A model generated the notes under the pieces. It had not been told where the DNA came from, ran no database searches, and was given only the letters and a program-made list of their open reading frames with translations. 64,000 nucleotides of DNA from Alphaproteobacteria bacterium (GTDB lineage Bacteria; Pseudomonadota; Alphaproteobacteria; MPNO01; UBA830): the NCBI GenBank assembly GCA_965243135.1, contig OZ251539.1, positions 4,544,001 to 4,608,000 on the forward strand, given 5' to 3'. The first letter of the stretch is position 1; each line of letters opens with the position of its first letter. Made by a program: the position numbers and the translations under genes. Below are positions 60,776 to 64,000 of the stretch, piece by piece.

Positions 60776-60828
60776 CCTGCGGCCTTTGCCGTTCGCTTCT
60801 CCGACAACCATGTGCCGAAGTCCGATTG

Positions 60829-60908
60829 ACCACTATATGTAGCGCAATCGCCGACTCACCGCAAGCCCGAATCCGTTGCTCGCCGAAACCGAATACAAAA
60901 TATGGTGG
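60829..60908. promoter_or_regulatory. Two NrdR-box-like motifs
   Basis: ACCACTATATGTAGCG (60829-60844) and ATACAAAATATGGTGG (60893-60908) resemble acaCwAtATaTwGtg. Confidence 0.5.
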
Positions 60909-60931
60909 GAAACTCCGCGCCGCCCCGGCGG

Positions 60932-61198
60932 TCAGTCCTTCGGCGGAGCGGCTTTTTCCTTTTTCGCGCCCGCCTCGAGTTCCGCGACGCGCGCTTCCAG
61001 GCGATCCTGCACGGCGCGCGCCGTGACCGCCATCTCCTTCACCGCCTCGAACTCGTCGCGCGTCACGAGGTCCATGCGGGCCAGCGCCCGGTCGAGCCGA
61101 TGGCGAACGAGACCTTCCACTTCCCGGCGCAGGGCTGCCAGCGTTCCCAGCGCGCCTCCGGCGACGCGGGCGGCATCGTCGAACGCTTTGTTACGCAT
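60932..61198 (-). CDS. ubiK: Ubiquinone biosynthesis accessory factor UbiK (BMFP family)
   Basis: FDD.ARV..GA, MDLVTRDEFEAVK.MA. Confidence 0.9.
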   Translation of the reverse strand: MRNKAFDDAARVAGGALGTLAALRREVEGLVRHRLDRALARMDLVTRDEFEAVKEMAVTARAVQDRLEARVAELEAGAKKEKAAPPKD

Positions 61199-61962
61199 TT
61201 GCGCACTCCCAGCTTCTTCTCCCAAAGCATAAAGCCTGTTTCGCGATCCGGACAACCTGAAAGCGAACCGAGCCTCGAATTTCGACGGGCGCCTCGGAGG
61301 CGCAACGAGCCGTTCCTCGAGACGCCGATTCGCCAAGGCTGCGCTCGTACGGTTCAGACCGCGCCGCCAGGATGTCGGCGACCAGATTCGCGAAATCTTC
61401 GTCATTCGGCGGCCTCTCCCCAGGAGAGGCTTCGCCCCGCTTCAAAGGCGAAGCGGTCGCCAAACGCGCCGGGATTTTCGCATCGGTCTCTCGTCGACAG
61501 CTTCTCGCTCGGCAAGCCCGCAAGTCGCCGGCCCAACCGTCGCGGCGCGCCTGAGACGTTTCCGGGGCTTCGCCGCCGCCTCGAAGGGACAAACGCGGGT
61601 CGCCGCGCGTCCCCACCGACGATCCTCCGGCGAACCGACGGCCTTCTTGCCGTCGGCCCCCTCACCGGAGATACTGTTTTCTCCCAGAATGGAAAGGCTG
61701 TCGTGAACGGCATGTCACGTAGACGCGGTTTCCGCAGGAATCTATCCGGCGGCGCGGTCCCTCTCGGCCGTCCGTCCGGCGAACCGCCGACAGATCGCGC
61801 AACGGGGAACCTTCGGCATTCGCCGAAACGGTCGCGGCAACCCGTCAGGACGGCCGCCCCGTCCGCGCGCGTCGCCGCCGGCCGGAAAGCCCGCCGCGCC
61901 CGCGAAGACGGTCGCAAGCGCCCGGGCTCGCAAGGCCTCGCCTTCGCCCGGGACGCCTTGTC

Positions 61963-62754
61963 TTGCTGACCCTCGCCTACCCCGCCATCGACCCCGTTCT
62001 CGTCCAGATCGGGCCGCTCGCGATTCGATGGTACGCGCTAGCCTACATTGCGGGCATCCTTCTTGCTTGGCGCTACATGATCCTGCTCGCCCCAAGAACC
62101 GCGATCGACCGGCGGGACGTGGACGACTTCATGGTTTGGGGAACGCTCGGCGTAATCGCGGGCGGACGTCTTGGCTACGTCCTTTTCTACAAGCCGGGCC
62201 ACTATCTCGACCATCCGCTCGACGCGCTGGCGCTGTGGCAGGGAGGCATGTCCTTTCACGGCGGCCTGCTGGGCGTGGTCTTCGCCGTCTGGTTGTTCGC
62301 CCGGCGGCGCGGCTATCACTGGGTCGCCCTGGGCGACCTTGTTTGCTGCGTCACGCCCATCGGACTGTTTCTCGGGCGGCTCGCGAATTTCATCAACGGC
62401 GAGCTCTACGGCAGGACGACCGACTCGCCGCTCGGCATGGTGTTTCCCGGCGCCGGCCCGCTGCCGCGCCACCCGAGCCAGCTCTACGAAGCCTTTCTCG
62501 AAGGGCTTCTGCTTCTGGCCGCGCTGTTCTGGCTCTCGCGCCGCGAGGGCGCGTTCTCGCGGCGGGGATTCCTGTCCGGCGCATTCTTCGCCGGTTACGG
62601 GATCGCCCGAACGATCGCGGAGGCCTTCCGGGAACCCGACGCGCATATCGGCTTTCTCGCCTTCGGCACGACGATGGGGCAGTGGCTTTCGCTGCCCGTT
62701 CTTGCGGCGGGAATATGGCTGATCGCAACGGCCCGCAGGCATGACTCCGCTTGA
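61963..62754 (+). CDS. lgt: Prolipoprotein diacylglyceryl transferase
   Basis: IRWY.LAY, GGRLGYVLFY, GGMSFHGG, GRLANFINGELYGR, RHPSQLYE. Confidence 0.97.
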   Translation: MLTLAYPAIDPVLVQIGPLAIRWYALAYIAGILLAWRYMILLAPRTAIDRRDVDDFMVWGTLGVIAGGRLGYVLFYKPGHYLDHPLDALALWQGGMSFHGGLLGVVFAVWLFARRRGYHWVALGDLVCCVTPIGLFLGRLANFINGELYGRTTDSPLGMVFPGAGPLPRHPSQLYEAFLEGLLLLAALFWLSRREGAFSRRGFLSGAFFAGYGIARTIAEAFREPDAHIGFLAFGTTMGQWLSLPVLAAGIWLIATARRHDSA

Positions 62755-63820
62755 TCGCCTGATTCGGCGAAAGATCGCCGCGTCCGGCCCCATCTCCGTC
62801 GCGGACTTCATGAGCCTCGCCCTGACCCATCCGGAACACGGATATTACGGGGCGCGAGACCCGCTCGGCCGCGCGGGAGATTTCGTGACCTCGCCGGAAA
62901 TCAGCCAGATATTCGGCGAGCTCGTCGGCCTCTGGGCAGCCGCGACCTGGTTGCAGATGGGCAATCCTCCGCATCTTCTCCTGGTCGAATGCGGACCGGG
63001 GCGCGGCACGCTGATGCGCGACGCCCTCCGCGCCGGGCGACTTGTCGAAGGTTTCGCGCAGTGCGTCGACCTCCGCCTCGTCGAGACCGCCGCGGGCCTG
63101 CGAAGAAAGCAGGAGGCGGCGCTTTCCGAAGCCCGGCCTCGCTGGCACCGTTCTCTCGACGCGCTGCCACCCGGTCCCATGATCCTGATCGCAAACGAGT
63201 TTTTCGACGCGCTGCCGGTCCGGCAACTCGTGCGAACCGAAGGCGGCTGGGCGGAGCGGCTGGTCGCGCATCGCGAAGGACGCCTGGAGTTCGTCGTCGG
63301 AGAGGATCTTCCCGACGGCAGCGCCCTGGTTCCGCCGAACGTCGGCCGCGCGGAACGGGGCGACATCTTCGAGGCGTCGCCGACGGCCCGCGCGGTGGCG
63401 GCCCGCATCGGCAAGCGCATCGTCCGCGACGGAGGAGCCGCGCTGCTCATCGATTACGGGCACGACCGGTCCGCGCCGGGAGAAACGCTCCAGGCCGTGC
63501 GCGCCCACCGCCCCGCGGACCCGCTTTCCCGCGCCGGGGAAACGGACCTGACGGCGCACGTGGATTTCGAAGCCGTCGCCCGCAGCCTGCGCCGCGAAGG
63601 CGCCTGCGTGCACGGCCCGATCACGCAGCGGCGATTTCTGCGGGCGCTAGGGGCGGAAGAGCGCACCGAGCGGCTGGCCGCCGCCGCGCCTCCTGCGAAA
63701 GCGCGGGAGATCCGGATCGCGACGGATCGCCTGACCGGATCCATGGGCGCGCTGTTCAAGGCGCTGGCTGCCACCGCGCCCGGCATGGCGGTTCCCGCCG
63801 GCTTCGAAGAGCCATGCTGA
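62741..63820 (+). CDS. MidA/NDUFAF7-type SAM-dependent methyltransferase
   Basis: GDFVTSPEISQ.FGE, E.GPGRGTL, ANEFFDALP, IDYG, DLTAHVDF. Confidence 0.93.
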   Translation: MTPLDRLIRRKIAASGPISVADFMSLALTHPEHGYYGARDPLGRAGDFVTSPEISQIFGELVGLWAAATWLQMGNPPHLLLVECGPGRGTLMRDALRAGRLVEGFAQCVDLRLVETAAGLRRKQEAALSEARPRWHRSLDALPPGPMILIANEFFDALPVRQLVRTEGGWAERLVAHREGRLEFVVGEDLPDGSALVPPNVGRAERGDIFEASPTARAVAARIGKRIVRDGGAALLIDYGHDRSAPGETLQAVRAHRPADPLSRAGETDLTAHVDFEAVARSLRREGACVHGPITQRRFLRALGAEERTERLAAAAPPAKAREIRIATDRLTGSMGALFKALAATAPGMAVPAGFEEPC

Positions 63821-64000
63821 CCTCTCCGGCGTTCGGGAGCGGCGTGCGCCACGCGTTTTTCACGCGGGAAGGCGGAGTGAGCGACGGCGTCTACGCTTCC
63901 CTCAACTGCGGTCTCGGCTCCGGAGACGACCGCGCCAACGTGCGCGAGAACAGGCGGCGGGCCGCTGCGCGACTGGACTTGCCCGAAGACTCGCTCGTCA
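63814..64000 (+). CDS. pgeF: Peptidoglycan editing factor PgeF/YfiH (5' part only)
   Basis: Hand translation MLTSPAFGSGVRHAFFTREGGVSDGVYASLNCGLGSGDD. Confidence 0.9.
   Translation, partial: MLTSPAFGSGVRHAFFTREGGVSDGVYASLNCGLGSGDDRANVRENRRRAAARLDLPEDSLV

Overview
High-GC alphaproteobacterial chromosome segment. A Rhodospirillales-like, possibly host-associated marine lineage is an inference from gene order. Most of the window is housekeeping or metabolic: queG, dusA, yhhQ, ubiD, pmbA, msbA-waaA-lpxK, xseA/purD, rluD-rpoH, serC-serA-hisZ-purA with a serC leader RNA, two OmpR/EnvZ-type systems, phasin, proC, ubiK, lgt. It also has three CoxL/xanthine-dehydrogenase-family large subunits, an NAD-dependent formate dehydrogenase and an MsmAB-like Rieske oxygenase. 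The accessory island at ~8.3-15.4 kb is the most unusual part. It holds an IS66-family element (8308-11101, 8-bp TSD TCCCCGGG) whose transposase is translationally coupled to a DUF4338 (DruA/Mom-like) gene and which is bounded by two copies of its right end. It also holds a 743-bp non-autonomous cassette with the same termini (12273-13015, 8-bp TSD CCCGGCCG) carrying a promoter, RBS and small membrane-anchored ORF, plus an intact PD-(D/E)XK nuclease gene and several decayed defence/IS genes. A separate AT-richer ABC-ATPase + PIN-nuclease pair (32382-34170) is a candidate uncharacterised defence module. All family assignments come from motif recognition by eye; no database search was run.
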